From Yuukianura sp. NJ FZ-2021 (Eukaryota), in NCBI GenBank assembly GCA_046563655.1, contig CM102290.1, positions 3,410,001-3,474,000 on the forward strand: a stretch of DNA of 64,000 nucleotides, read 5' to 3'. The position numbers were made by a program, and so were the translations under genes. The notes under the pieces are model-generated. The model was not told the DNA's origin and ran no database searches. It was given only the letters and a program-made list of their open reading frames with translations. Below are positions 12,907-27,089 of this stretch, in pieces (within the stretch, counting starts at the first letter, position 1; each line of letters opens with the position of its first letter).

Positions 12907-15589
12907 AGTATATAACTTAGGCACGCTGCTCTGCTAGGATTTATTACTCACTTTTGTTTGTTGTATTAGTACGTAAAAGAGATTAGTTTCTCGTTCTTGG
13001 CAAAGCTCGACACTCCTAAAGCGTCGTAAAAGGTGAAGAGGAAGAAGCATTTTTTAGAAGAGTAACTCTACGTGAAATGTATAATTTTTTTTAAAAAGTC
13101 ACATCATTTTTTTAAATGAATTAAACTTATATTATGTGTTGCACTATATAAGAGCAACTTGTATGCAAAAAATCGTAACACTAGTGTTGACCACTATCGA
13201 GCAATGCTGGGTCGCCATTTCGGAAATATTGCACCATACGAATCTCTGAAACGGAGATAAACTGATTAGGGTAGTTTTGGTGTCAACAAAAACGGCTCAA
13301 TAAGAACTAAATGCGTTTTTAATTTAAAGCATGTAGGGGCCTAAAGTATTTTGTATTTTGTTTTTGTAAAAAAGTATTTTGGTGGGGAGGGCTTATGAAG
13401 GTTTCGGAAAAGTTCTAGAAGGGTTCCTAAATTTGATTTGGAGAACATTAAATTTTGGCGATCTTTTTTTCGTTTTTGTTTACTTACAGTTACTAAAATT
13501 GTAGTAACTCGGAATTCTTGCTTCTGTAATGTAAATGAGTGGAGAAAGTGTTAAAGGAAAGGATTTATGGGTTTGAAATAGGATAATTTTGGGTGGGAAG
13601 ACAGAAAGTACAGCCATTCAATTTATATGGAAATGAGACTTGTAGACTTTTAGAATTTTAGTTAACCTAAACAACAAAAATGAGACAACAACGTAATTAG
13701 ATCTCTTAACTACTAGTCAGTATTACTTTCAGTATGGAAACACTTGAAGAAAATGGAGAAAGTAAAACACTAATTCTCCTTAATAACAAAAAAGTTTGGC
13801 TTTTTTCCTTGGGCATTTTGACGTTTTTTAAGTAAAAAAATTTGCTTTAGCTTGTTTTTACTGAGGATTTAGAGTATTTTTTTTTTGCTTTTGGATTTGG
13901 TGAAAGAAAAGAATCTCTGGTTAAGTTAAGTTAGAAAGTCGTTGTTTTTTTGTGTATTACATTTCCCGTCCTACTCTTGCTTGTCGTACTCGTTAAGACT
14001 TTAGTGACTATTTTGGCTATTTTGGAAAATTGTACTTTTCCGCTTTGACTGGAATGTAAAAGCGGAGGAGAAAGTTCTGGATTAGGCTCATTTAACGCAC
14101 GGACTAAAGAACTGAGGGGAGGATGTTGTGTGTCTCAAGCAGGAGGACAAGAAACTTGAGTCTTAAAAGGTAATTATCCTTGCCGTAGGACTTGATGTGA
14201 AGATCCGCTTTATTAACAACTGGAAAACGCTTTCTAGCAACCAAAATTCTTAACTTGAATTTCCTTGGCATTGTAAGAGTCACGGATGACTTTCAAGAGG
14301 GTCAGGTCAGGTCAGTTGGATAACGTCATGGAGAACTGTTGTTGAGTGGGATTGGTGTTCAAGTGGTTGGAAATTAAAGGAAGACAATCACCCGAACAAT
14401 CTGGACAGTGAAAAAAAAAGTCGTATTTCGGCGCCTGGTGCTCATAGACACAGAAATCACGTCCACGCTTTTTCGACTTTCTCTCTCCGTTCACATGGTT
14501 GTGGAATGCAGGTTTGGAGGAGACGAAGAAAGTTTGGAATTCTTTCCCTGACACTCCTTCGCTTTTTTTGGGTGCTAGACCTATCCTATCCCTCCCAATA
14601 AATGGGGATGCTCTCATGACTCCCTGATTCTGATTTCGGAGCTTTTACTGACTTGGAATTATAATTTTTAGGCTACTTTCACTTTTCCCAACAATCCGAA
14701 GCGACTAGAATCCGCCTTTCCTTTTGGAAAACGAAAGAAAAGCGAGAGTGTGGCCTAAACATTGGTTAGGATTTTTTTCTGTTCAAACAGCGTGGTTGGG
14801 CTGGTTTTCCTTATGAATTTTTCGAAAGTGAGTTCGTGGAGTTCTGCTCTTAAGTTGTGTTCTGTAGAATGTAAAAGTTTGGTAGTTTTCAAAATGCCCA
14901 CGGCTGCTACTTTACTTGAAATCATAAAATTTGTGCAACTTTTTCGTGTGCGAGTGTTATTGCATTTTTTGGAAAATTGTTGGCGCCAATTTTTCTGTTG
15001 TCTTACGTTTTCAAAGTGTGATGGAGATTTTATTTTCTGGACATTTTTGTGAATTTGGACTTGAGTTTTTAGAATATCGAATTCTTCAAGCTTTTATGTT
15101 TTTGGAGTTGTTAATGGAAAGGACTGAGGAAAAATTATTTGGGGTGAATGAAATGGTGGATTTGTGTTGATTTTTTTTTTGGTTTCTCTTGTAAAAAATG
15201 GTTTTTAGTTTACATTTTGTCCCGAAAAGAATTCCGACTCCAGTCCTTTCATGGTTTGGAATTCCAACGGGGTGAAATGGCTTGAAGAAAACTGGTAGCT
15301 TTGAGTTAGGGAAAAGCATTGCAGAGACTTCTAATGCTTCAATTAATCTGTCTTGCCGCGCTCCTATACGAAGCTTCGCTGGAGAAAGAAAAAAGATTTT
15401 GCTCTGCTGGAAGCCTTGGTTCCAATTTTTGTGGGTGGTGGAAGTCCAAAGTTGGTGGCCGCATGGTTTGCGGCTAAGGAAGGAGCTGATGGTGGCTCAA
15501 GTTGGTGGGATCGACCTCCGCCTCCTCACTTTGTCACGTCGACAGACTCACTTAGTCAGACGAGAGTGGCTCATAAGTCAGGGGAGGCA

Positions 15590-15900
15590 GGAGAGACAAC
15601 TGGGCCGTAACGGAAGTAACGCCAGGGAACGTACCCTAGGGACGCCCTCACTCCAATCCAACCTTAGGTTAACCTAAACCCACTTCGGTGGGGGATCAAT
15701 GGTGGGGGGAGGGGTCCCAGGGGTCACGGAATCCAAGGCTGGACGGTGGAGGTCAATGAACCTTGAATTCTCAACCGAGTGACCCCATGTCACATGACCT
15801 GCGGCAAAAACGGTTCTAGTGTGGTGTTTATTAGTTTCAGAAAAATTTTTGTCAGCAGCGCCATCTTGCCGACTGTTGGAACGGGGCAGGTTGAGTTCCG
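15590..15900. promoter_or_regulatory. GC-rich candidate promoter/enhancer island
   Basis: Locally GC-rich, with CGGAAGT (ETS-like, 15611), four G-runs (15690-15723), GTCACATGAC E-box (15789) and GCGCCATCTTG YY1/Pho-like motif (15858). Motif evidence only. Confidence 0.3.
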
Positions 15901-18900
15901 CTGGATTTGTTTTCAAGTTTGGAGTTTTTAGCGCCCTCTGATCTTTTTTAACGGCTCTAGAATTTCAATCAATTTGAGATTGGATGAGTTTTTTTTAATT
16001 TCCGATGACGTTCCTGTTAGTTTTGTGAGTGAATGCCTCCGCCCTCTCCCTTCCGTTCTCATTTTTTGCAAAACCGTGTTCATCCATCCGTAGCGATTGT
16101 TGTGTGAGATTGGATTGTTTCACTGTGGACGGAAGCCAAGTTTCTAATGGTTTCCTGGGCTAGTTGTGAAAGGGAAGTCAGTTGGAAGGGACATTTGACA
16201 TGTTTCATAACGCGTCACACTCGGATGGAGACTTCTCAAAAACTGTGCGGAAGAAGGGCGGAGGGGAGTAGAGTGAGGGGTTTGGAGGAGGGGCGGGAGA
16301 GGGAAAGAAGAAAATTAGAAAGTTGTATAAGTGGATAGGCGGATTTCTTTGGAATTAAAGATCAGAAGATTCTCCATTTCCAAATGGAAAAGCCAAACTT
16401 TTTATTTCTTCACAGCCATTCATTCGTTTTTTTTTTGTTGGCAGAAAAAAAAAACATTGTTTTTTTTTTTCGTTTACTCTTCAGTATTGTTTTTTAAATC
16501 AAACTCTGACAGCATCATTTTTTAATTTAATTTGACTAAATTTTTAATTTCACCTTTTTTGAAAGAAAAATGTTTGTTTTTGAGGGAAAGCACACCGTGA
16601 AGGCACAATTACGGTAGTTGGTTCCAGTGCCTGATTATGCACGAGCATGAACGCTATTTTCAGGTTTCCCGGGATCATTAGCGGTGTTCAATTTGTTATG
16701 ATTTTGTAGAGATAGTATCAGGTTCAGGGTTCTACCTAACTTTTCATAATATAAACCATAGTTTTTGACGGGAAAAGATATGATTGCAATTGATAAAAAC
16801 AGAAAGTGATTAAAATCACAGAAAGTATGAACGTGTGAGATGTAAAAAGGATGCCGCTTCGGTTAGGTGTCGTTTTTTTTTTCTATTTGAATTTATTTTT
16901 ATTCGAAAGTCGAGAGACAGTGTGTCGGATGTTCCAGAAAATAAATCAAGATCGGAGAGGGCAAGGGCGCGGGAGAAAATGAAATTTTGTATTTCCCGCT
17001 ACTTTCATCCCTCGACTTTCCCCTGCTGGCTCTCCTTTGGATGAAAATGAGGGAAATGAGGAAATTATTATCTGAGCTTACAATCTCTCTCACGACAATT
17101 TGCCTTCCGTTCCTCAATATGTTTTTTTCCTATTTAGTTTCTGCTTGAGGTAAGAGGAAAAGACGGAAATGGAATTTTTTTTCTCGGTTTTTTTAAATTT
17201 TGTACTTTTTTTTCCGCCCTACCGTTTGCTCTGTACCTGCTGCTAACGGAAGAACAGCAAACGTTTCCTTGTGATGAACAATTTTAAATTAAGTTACTCT
17301 TCCTACCGCCCCGACTTTTGCTCTCCCTTTTCCTCTTTAACAATATCATTCATCTCTAAAATAGAGTGAACCAAATGGAAAAGCAGTAGGGAAAAAAAAG
17401 AAACTTTTTCATTTTTTTTGAAGTTCAAAAGCTCCCGCTAGAATCGACAAGTTGATTACCATATGGAAACACTGGGAATGCAATTACGAAAAAACTTGGT
17501 TGAAAATGGAATGATATGGCGGTGGCGGGGAGCGGCTTTCTCTTTAAACTTTAGCTTTGAGCACAGCACAGCATGAGGATTGATGGTTAAAACGTACAAT
17601 TTTTTTCCAGCCCAAGTTTAAATCCCTTGGAGAAAGTCAAAACTGGAATCGAATTTTAGTCATTTTGAAAAAAAAGTTGGATCATATTTCCAGTTGGAGT
17701 TTAGTCCATTTTCTGTTCCTAGAGTCTGTCTGAGTTAGTCAGTGACTGAGAAAGAGGGAAAAGTTTGTTCTTTTTAAAATAAAGTTGGCATAGGGAATTG
17801 GGATTCTCTATTCCTACTGACTATAAACTTGGAACCTCCCTCTCTGTCCACCCATTAGACTTTGAACGAGTCAAGCTGACTTCTTTTTATGATCCAAATA
17901 TATTTTTGTGACAGGAGAAAGTTTCACTTTCTCTTCCTGCCCCACTACCTTTCTCCCTTGTCTTCCTTCGACTCCGACGTATTGTCACATTTATCCTGTC
18001 TGTCAGAGTTCTGAATTGGAGTAAGGAACTGACAGAAGGATCACTCTTTATGATCCAATACCATTTTCTTCCAAATGCCCAACTATGTATGACGGACGAG
18101 ACTGACACATTTGGGCAAATGGAATTGGGTCTCTGATCAGCTTTCCTCACATATCACTTTTGTTAGACAGGGACATTTCGAAACCATTTCTTTCGGAACG
18201 TTAGAGTTAGACTAAAAGGAATTTTCATTTATTCTTGTGAGTATGTTTTTGCATGAATGTCTTTTTGCAAAAGTTTGTTTTCGGATTAGCACAGTTTTAT
18301 TCTGGACATATACTTACCTCGGTAACTTTTCATTAATATATGTATAAATGTGTTTTTAAGAGAAACGAGTGAGAATTAAGGATTCCGGTTCTGGTTAGTT
18401 AAAAAAAAAAGAGAAAAAAAAACTTGAAAGGAGAAAATTAAGATGTTTTTATGAATATGCTTAAAAATCTATGCAAACTGATTTGAATGGAAAGTGTTAG
18501 GTTATGTTTCATATTTGCAGTGTTAAATGCCTTTGGTGTTCCAGAACTAAAAAAAAGTAGTGTCCCAGACGTATGGGAATTGAGGGAAGAATTGGTTGAG
18601 ACGTGACAGAGGCTGTGTGGGTGGGGATTTGGAGACTAGATCTTCTTATCCTTTCCATTTCCATTATCCTTCCGCATCTCTTCATCTGACGATCAGAGAT
18701 GCTCTCCCTTGACATCATTCGTCCCAGGAACCCATCGGACTCAGACCCACGTCCCACCGAGCCCCACTTCCAGCAGTAGTCGGAGGGGATGACAGAGTCA
18801 GGGCCACCGTAGCCTGTCATCGATGGAAAGTATACATGGAATAGGCTCTCCTGTCAAAATGTCAACGACGGTCGACTCTCGTTGGCGAACGTCTCCCGCT

Positions 18901-21900
18901 TTTGTTTTCTTTTTCTTCCTCCACTTTACACACTTTCCGTTCCTTCTGTGTTCACTCTGTTCAAAGTAAACATTGATGTTCTGCTTTCCCCTGAGCAATT
19001 CCCACCTCCAGGAATTCCGGACTTTCCAGCTTTCCTCAATAATCCCTTCCCAATCTCATCTTTTGCATCTCGTCTCTGTCTGGCACTGGATCACTCCATT
19101 CCAAAGTGGAACGGGTTGTGGAAGGGAGAGGGAAAGTCAAGGTGCTTCAACTGTTGAAGCGTCACCGCCGCGGCGACCGCACTCACTTTCTCCTGGATGT
19201 GTGCGGAAGTGTAATGGAAAAAATGTGGCAGAATGTTCGGTTTTAGGAAAAGTGTAAGTCAGCAGTCATGCAGGAACAATTCAATATCCTCTCGTCTCCC
19301 TTTCTCTTTACGATCACACGCTTCTTTCTACCTAGGTAGTATACCTTTCGTGTAAGTCAGAAAGTATGGGAATGGAACTTGTTCAGAAAACGGAGGAGAA
19401 AGGCCTCCAGACTCCATATTCTATCAAGTCTCAATTGAATTACCCGCCTTTCCATCAACTCTTCCAAAACAAGCCGCTTCGGAGAGAGACGTCTCAATTC
19501 ATAAAACAATCTTCTCATCTCTCAAACCCAAAAATTGGAAAAGTGAAAGCGAAAGGCCAGAAGTGAAAGTGGTGCCGGAAGGAGGCTATCCATATTCCCC
19601 CTATTAATTTACTTTGAGAATATTTTTTTTTGTGGAGGCTTCCGCGGGACGAGCTTTCACAGTTGGAGAAGGGCGGAGAAATTCCAATTTCAAATCAATT
19701 TCCAATTTTTTGAACTTTGTTTTTCTTTTTGAGGTTCTGAATATCTTTTTCTTTTAATAGATGAAATGAGGTATGGAGCGCAGGTTCGGATAGTTGGGCT
19801 GAAAGAAGTTAGAGATGCCTGTCGTGGTTGTTTGTTTTGGAGGTCACGATCATTCTGGAAAGTTCAAAGGTCAACTTTGTGCTGAGGGGAAGTGGAGTGA
19901 AAGTTCAGTGGATTTCCAATTAGGGAGTGGTTTTTAGTTGTGATGGGGGGTGGCGGATCGTGTGTTTTGGAGTTATGGCGGTAGTTGGCATGTTGTGTTG
20001 TGTGTGTGAGTCTTAAGTGGGAAGCGTGTGTGTCATCTAAACGATAACGTCATTTCGGGAGGATGAATTATGGGGTCTATTACTGGGAGAGTTGATGACT
20101 ACAGACACAGGAGGGAAATGGGGCTGAGAGAGCGGTAGTCTACATTAAAGTCTTCTCTGTTAAATAACTTTGGCCTCAAAATTGACGTCACCTTCATTGG
20201 TTTTTGGTGCGGAGAAAGTGGGGAAAATGGTAGAGGTTCTTACCTTTCCACATCAGATCAATTTGCTCCGTCTTAGAGACTACGTAACCCAACGGAAAGA
20301 GCAGGAGAGAGAAAAAGACTAAAAAGTCCTCTAACTTTCTTCTTTTGAACGGGGGTGGGGGAAAACGGAAGGTGGGTGCGGTGGGAGTAAATAACTGGTC
20401 CAGATCACTTTTCTCCTTTTTCAAAGAAAGTTCTTGAAAGAAAGTACGGCTTGGATCACCGTATGGTACTAGGACTCGGGCGTAGTATGGCTTGGAATCT
20501 AAAGGGGATAATTGAAAGACTCCTAAAACCAAAATCCTATAAGTTCTATACTCAAAATGTTATAACAAAAATCTAATACGGATGAATTATTGTATAGTGT
20601 TTTACTTTGCGATTTATTTTATTTCAAGAAATTCGTGTTAAAAAATCATGGAGGCTGAAAAATCTTGACGTCCTTTCCAAAATTTGATTTTTTTGAATTT
20701 AGGCATACAGATACTTGAAACAAGTTTGGCATGTCATTCTGTTTTTGTGAGTTTTTTACATAACTGTTTTAATTAATTTGACAACTTATTTCAATCTTAG
20801 TAATAGTTAAATTATTTTACAAAATGGTTTGTATTTTATAATAATTGAATTGTTGTTTTGGAAATAAGCATTGGTTGTTAGGTTGGTTTCCTGTTGCTAA
20901 GGATATGCATTTGGGAATACTGGTTCCGGGTATATAGAAGAAATGGGAAGTGGTGGAGATACAGGTAGAGAGGCGTCGTTTTCTATGCTCCGTTCACGTG
21001 CCATTTTCCCAGGGACAACGTTATGCATTCTTGCTCCGCTGTGAATGTATCTCTTTTGGTTACACATGGAATCCGTAGGACTTTTACCATGAAACACGAA
21101 GTTACAGGAAGTCCTCTGCTTTCACTTACATATAGATTCCGGAAGGTAGGAGAGTCCTCTGGATAGAAACTTATAAGTTGAGGGGAGAGGTAGGGGAAAG
21201 TGTGTATGAAATCTCTCTGGTTGTCGTTCCAGAAAAAGATAATCGGATTGGGTGTATATCGTCGTCATGTTTTCATATTCTCGCACTCTCTCTCTCTCTC
21301 TTCGTCTGCTCATATTTCTTCCTTAGAAAGTTCCTTTGGAGCACACACCTTTCCCTTCCAAGGGAACAATAAGGAGAAAGGAAGGAAGATAATAATCATA
21401 ATCATAAAGAGCCTCTCCTCCGCCCAACTTTCTCCTCTTGTGCCCAGTCTACGCTACTTTCCCTTTAGAAAAGACTAAGAAAAAGTCTTAGTTCCCGTTT
21501 TTGCATTTTTTTGTGAATTTTTTAAGCCCCCTGAGTCATATTATGCTGCTGTGCTCACACCCTACAGGGACTTTCACTTTCATGCGTAGCATTTCGTCAC
21601 CACAGCTACTTTTACAGTTTCACTGTTTTTAGGCTAAAAAGGCACGAAATGTTTTTTGGAACAAAAATTTGGGTTTTGTGTACAACAATTTTAGACACGA
21701 AAACTTAATTTTCTGGGTGTTTATATTTTTTTGGATGAGAGGAATTTCGAAGAAAGTGTTTTTTATTTTCTGAGTTTGTAACCAAAATGTTGTTTTTGAC
21801 TTTTGATTTTGGACAGAATTTAGTTTTTTTGAATGTGGAACAAGAATTTCGTGTTGTTGAATTTGGAACAACAATTTGCTGTTTTTACAGTTTGGATTTT

Positions 21901-24900
21901 GAGGAAAGAGAAGTTGTTATTCATAAAGTTAGTGTTAGAACGAACAGGAGCGAAAGTTTATGACAAGTGAAAGTGACGAGAAGTTGGGGAATGTTGGCAG
22001 GCGGTAATTGAAAGGAGACGTGACAATTTCTACACCAACTTAATCAGACTCACTCAATTACAATTAAGGCTAAAATGTACATGGACGTTTCCACTATAAG
22101 ACATAACTTATCCACTGCCTTCTGAATTCTGATCTTCCAACGCTTCATTCGTCTTCACTTTTGAACAAAGTTTTTGGTGAAAGTGGAGTTGTGCCCTTCA
22201 CCTTCTCATGTCATCTTCCTTCACGACGGGAGCATGACACGGAGAAACTTAACTTTTTTGACGTAGTACAAACTGTTAGTGTGTAGGGAAAGTGAAAGTT
22301 TGTAAGAAAAGCCCGTGATTTGAACATGGTTTTTATTTTATTTGAACAAATTGTGTAAACTGATACTTTTAAAAATCAGTTTACGAAAAGAGTTACAGTA
22401 AAACATGGGTGTTGTTGAAAACACGACTTAAAGCATTCTAAAAGTATGAATAACGTTGTACTTTTGGATTGCTTCGGTGTTGCTTTATTTTGTTTCAGTT
22501 TTTAGGGCTGGGCAGTAGAGAAAGTAACTTTTTGAGCTTCGCCGGAGGCGTTTGTCTTGCCATGAAAAGTTTTCGAGGAGATACGAGACCTTCTAGACAA
22601 CTTTTCTGTGGAAATGAATAGGCGAGTGGGGAAAATGGAGGAAGAGGCTTCATCTTCAGGCTTCGGGAGAAGATTTAGGAGAAAGTTTTTGGTTAAGAGT
22701 AATATATGGAAGTTAGAGTAAAAGTAAAGTAGTGTAGAAATATTATGAAAATATTAGTGTAATATGGTAGAGTGCTGTGAGGTGGAGTGCTCATGGGATG
22801 GCGGGAAGAAAGGATTTTGAATTTGAATTTTGGAAAGAGAGAGTTCATATATGGACGCAGGGAGATCATTGACTAATCTCAGACTCTGCTCACATACAGA
22901 CGCTCAATTACTTATGGAAATTTTCTCAGTGGGAAAAGGAATGGAGAAAGGTTTGGCGGGAAGAGAGACAAATTTTCAAATTCTTACTTCATCATTAGCA
23001 CTTTTAGCGTGCCGCGATGAAAGTGGTTGGTGGCGGGAGATACTAAAGTGTATACGTTTTTTTTTTTGTTGGATCGTGCGTAGACGTTGGAAAAAATCTA
23101 AATTTCTGACGGATATTTTCTATGGGGATTTTTTTTTCGTTGAAATTTTGGATTTTTTAGAGGTTTTTGTTGATATTGCTTCGGATCATACTTTCTCTTC
23201 TACATTTTTTTGACTATGCTTAGAGTGTAGGCGTTTGTTTTTATTTGGCTCCATTTGGTAGTGTTCGGCTTGAGTTTTGGCGGTTCTGACAGTGGAGATG
23301 GTCTTTGTAAGCGGAAGAATCCGACTGAAAGCTGCCCATGTCCATCTTGGCATTTTTTTCTTCTTCCTCTCCATAGAGAGCCGGTGAAGTGGAAAAGTAG
23401 AGGCCATTAGGAATTCCATGTTCACAGTTTAGTATCAATTCCTGTTTGGCCCATCTTCTGGCTCCAGAAGATGCTCAAGCGTTTCATCGTTTTCCTTCGT
23501 TCTGACAGGAAGGAAAGAAGTGCTCTGCTCTACTTGGTCTGCTTGTGCTGAGTGATGAGCTTCATTTGCTTAGCAGAAGAGGAGGCAGTCAAGGAATGTG
23601 GAAATTGAAGCGGAATAATTCAAACGGAGGATCCATTGATTGAAGGCGAGATGAACTCCTTTTCCTTTCTGCACTTCCACAGTTTCTGCCATGCCACTAA
23701 AGGCTCCAGCAGTCTCCAGTACTTTTTCCAGTGATAAAACTTGATAAATGAAGCCAATTCTACTGGAAATGAAAAGCTTGCGTAGTCAAACCTGTATTTT
23801 TTATTGTAGCTACGTCAAAATCAAAATGAGGGATGTTGAATTTTTCCAAATTACTCCCTCACGTCTACACTCCGCCTGTTTTGAGTAGGAGTACTAGGTC
23901 TGTCATCACTTGGAGATTGAATTTTTTAAAGTAAAAGTCGCTTTTGGTCGATTAATATCAATGGTTTAGATGCTTTTAGTAATAGTCGATTAGTGACAGG
24001 GCTATAGAAACTGGAAAGAGGGATGGAGTTGTATAAAGAAAATTTCAGGAAAAGTTCGTGGGGGTTGTTCGTTGTTGGAATTTTGAATGTTTGTTGCCTT
24101 CTTTTTTATTAGTTTATTTGTCGAAGTTAACGATTGAAAAAAAGTGGTATTAATCGAGTCAATTAAAGTGTTCCACTACAACTATGTTCCCTTAGACATT
24201 GTTAAATGGAGTAGAAGAGCTCATATGAAATATGCTCAAGGGAGACTGTCAATCCCCAACTTGAGATTTATGATTTTTGGGGTTTAATTAAACAACTGCT
24301 GGGAAAAAGATGGTTTATAACTTTCATAACCAGAAGGGAGAATGTCGTAGTTGGTCGTCCAGTAGCACATGTGCCGCTGGGTGTTTGAATTTTCCCACTT
24401 CTCAGTTTCAAACTTTCTCTGCTCAATATTAAGGGATACACGGAAGATTGTGGGATAATAAATGAGGTGGCGGTGGTCGGTCTCTTGTTCTAAACTTTTG
24501 TCTTTTTAGAAAAGCCAGAGAACATTTTGGGAAACATGTGTTTTGTGGGTTTTTGAAAATGTTGTAAAACAAGTTTATCCAACTTGCAGAATTTTGGTTG
24601 GTTTCACACGTTTCTACTTTTTAGGTTTTTGCTTTTTTCTAATTTTGATTGTTGACTATTTTGTAAGTTGGGGCAATTTGAGATCATTGGGGTTGGAAAT
24701 GGCTTCGTCCCCTTATTGTGTGAGTGAGTATAGAGTGAAGGAATTTTCATTTTGAAATTTGAAGTGCAATGGAAATTTGGCGCCAATTTGTTCAATTCGT
24801 TGAAGAGCTGCGGCAAAGCCCGAAGCAGTTTTGGCAATTAGGGATCTTATGGTTGTATTTTCCTTTCCTGTCTTGTCTTGGATTCATTAGAGTTTTTAGG

Positions 24901-25916
24901 ATCGACGGGAGGCGGCGGGAAAATTTGAAAGTTTTCTTTGCCTGTCTCTCGTTCGTTATGTTGTTGTTAGTTTTATGTCGTAATCAAGTTATAAGTAGAG
25001 AGGGGGAAATATTTTGGGTTGAGTTTTGGATGTGGGTCCTACTTAATTTCGAACGCTTTCTCCACTGCGTAGGCTTAAAGGAAAAGTCTCAAGTCGCAAA
25101 TTATTAACTACTAATTACATCGTTAGTTTGTGAGGCGGGAAAGTTTGGAGTTGACAGATTTCAGTTTTGGCTTAGGTCTCCTCTTGTTCCATATTGAAAA
25201 GTTGGTGAAAGTGTAAAAGTCGTCGTTTTTCCTGGATTTCGTTTGAGTAATAAATGGATGAGTGACTAAGATTGGCACATCTTGATTTCAACTGTCAGCG
25301 ACAGGAACTTCTGGGAAAAGATTTACAGCTTCCGAACTTTATTAAGGTTGTTTCCGCGTCGTCGACTCGGTTTGCTCTGCGAAGCGTGTGAGAAAGTTTG
25401 AGTCGGATTTGAGCCAAGGGACTGTGGATCTCTGGTCGTTTTGTGCAAAGGGAACGAAGGAGAAGGGGGCCCTTGTTCCTTGGAACAAATGACACGACAC
25501 AAGGCCCCCTTAATCATTTTGTGGGTTTGTTACTTCTGCGCCCAGATTTACTGTAAGTTCGGAGATGCTGAATATGGGCATGACAGGTTTCAAACCACAA
25601 CAGAAGAGGTCTCAAGCAACGGGGAGGGACGCTTTTGCTTTTAAAGCGGTGTAGTTCAGCGGAAGATTTAAATCTGGCTGTACCAACAGTCGTAGGAAAC
25701 GTAGACATTTCGCATCGGTGATGAAAATATGTCTCCTTTGCCTATGGTTGCGTGGTAACTCAGATAATATGTTACCATTTGGTAAAATTCGGAAAAAGAA
25801 ATGAATTTTGTATTCGTCCAAATCTCAAATACTTATGAAAAAAGATTCTCCTCATGGGAGCACGCCATTGATTTACCCCGAAACTTTATTGTAGAGTAAA
25901 AATTGCCTATGTTTAA

Positions 25917-27089
25917 TGCCCGTATACATAATGACGGTTCACCCGTAACCTACGGATCAGGATTTGGTGAGACCGATCCGGGGGTCAGGATCACACTAAT
26001 CCGTGAACGGTATACATAATATAATCTTGAGCGGTGGATTTGTAAATCCGGTTCACCTGAACGTGATCATCGGATTACTCATTTTTACATGCCACATTTA
26101 AATACTTCAACAACAATGTATTATGTTGATTAAAAATGTGACAAGTTTAATGCTCCTTTTATTTTCAGGTGGCAAAGTTTTCAAACTTTCTATAACACAA
26201 CACCATTTTTGTTGTGTTTTATTAAAGTAATTAACGAAATAGTTAATGATTCAATTAATTTCTGAACAAAATAGGAAACTAATGGGGCAAAATGCGGCCA
26301 TGCTGTGCATATACTGCGCAAGCACTGCGCAAGCACTAGGCACTGCGCAAGCACTGCGCACTGCGCAAGTACTGCGCAAGCACTGCGCACTGCGCAAGTA
26401 CTGCGCAAGCACTGCGCACTGCGCAAGTACTGCGCAAGCACTGCGCACTGCGCAAGTACTGCGCAAGCACGGCGCACTGCGCAAGTACTGCGCAAGCACT
26501 GCGCACTGCGCACTGCGCAAGTACTGCGCAAGCACTGCGCACTGCGCAAGTACTGCGCACTGCGCAAGCACTGCGCACTGCGCAAGCACTGCGCACTGCG
26601 CAAGTACTGCGCAAGCACTGCGCACTGCGCAAGCACTGCGCACTGCGCAAGTACTGCTGCGCACTGCGCAAGCACTGCGCAAGCACCGCGCACTGCGCAA
26701 GAAGTTGAAATTTATATAAAAACTTTAGTTCTATAAATTCTAAAAGTTTTTTCTGACATTTATAACGCAAACTCCTTAATAAAACTGAACGCTTAACTCG
26801 TGGGAAAAGAATATACTAAACAAAAATTAAAATAATTCCAGTTGAATCAAGTGGTGAACCTACCCCTATACCAGGGTCACGAATTTTGATCCCGATCATA
26901 GTGATCCGGTTTACTTTTTTGTATTATGTATACGAATATAACCCTGAGCGAGGGATCAAACAATTTTGATCCGAGGTTTACGTGAGCGGGTCACCGATGA
27001 CCTCGAGACTCATTATGTATAGGGATCAGGGTGATCGGTTCAACTTTTCATGATCGGATCACCGTGATCCGGCATTATGTATACGAGCA
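25917..27089. mobile_element. PIF/Harbinger-like (Tourist-type) MITE, 1173 bp
   Basis: TIRs tgcccgtatacataatgacgg / ccggcattatgtatacgagca (2 mismatches in 21), TAA on both flanks (25914-25916, 27090-27092), and subterminal tatacataat and gatc-rich repeats. No transposase ORF. Confidence 0.85.
26313..26701. repeat. GC-rich minisatellite of 7-bp (actgcgc) and 11-bp (actgcgcaagY) units
   Basis: Directly visible and often arranged as an 11+7+11 = 29-bp higher-order unit. It explains the five overlapping repetitive ORFs. Confidence 0.97.

Noticed and set aside
14050..14070. miR-1-like tggaatgtaaa
   Set aside because: Only the first 11 nt match and no precursor hairpin is evident.
26190..26770. 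Five overlapping Cys/Ala-rich ORFs (CAVLAQ, STAHCA)
   Set aside because: By-products of a stop-free minisatellite inside a MITE, open on both strands in several frames.
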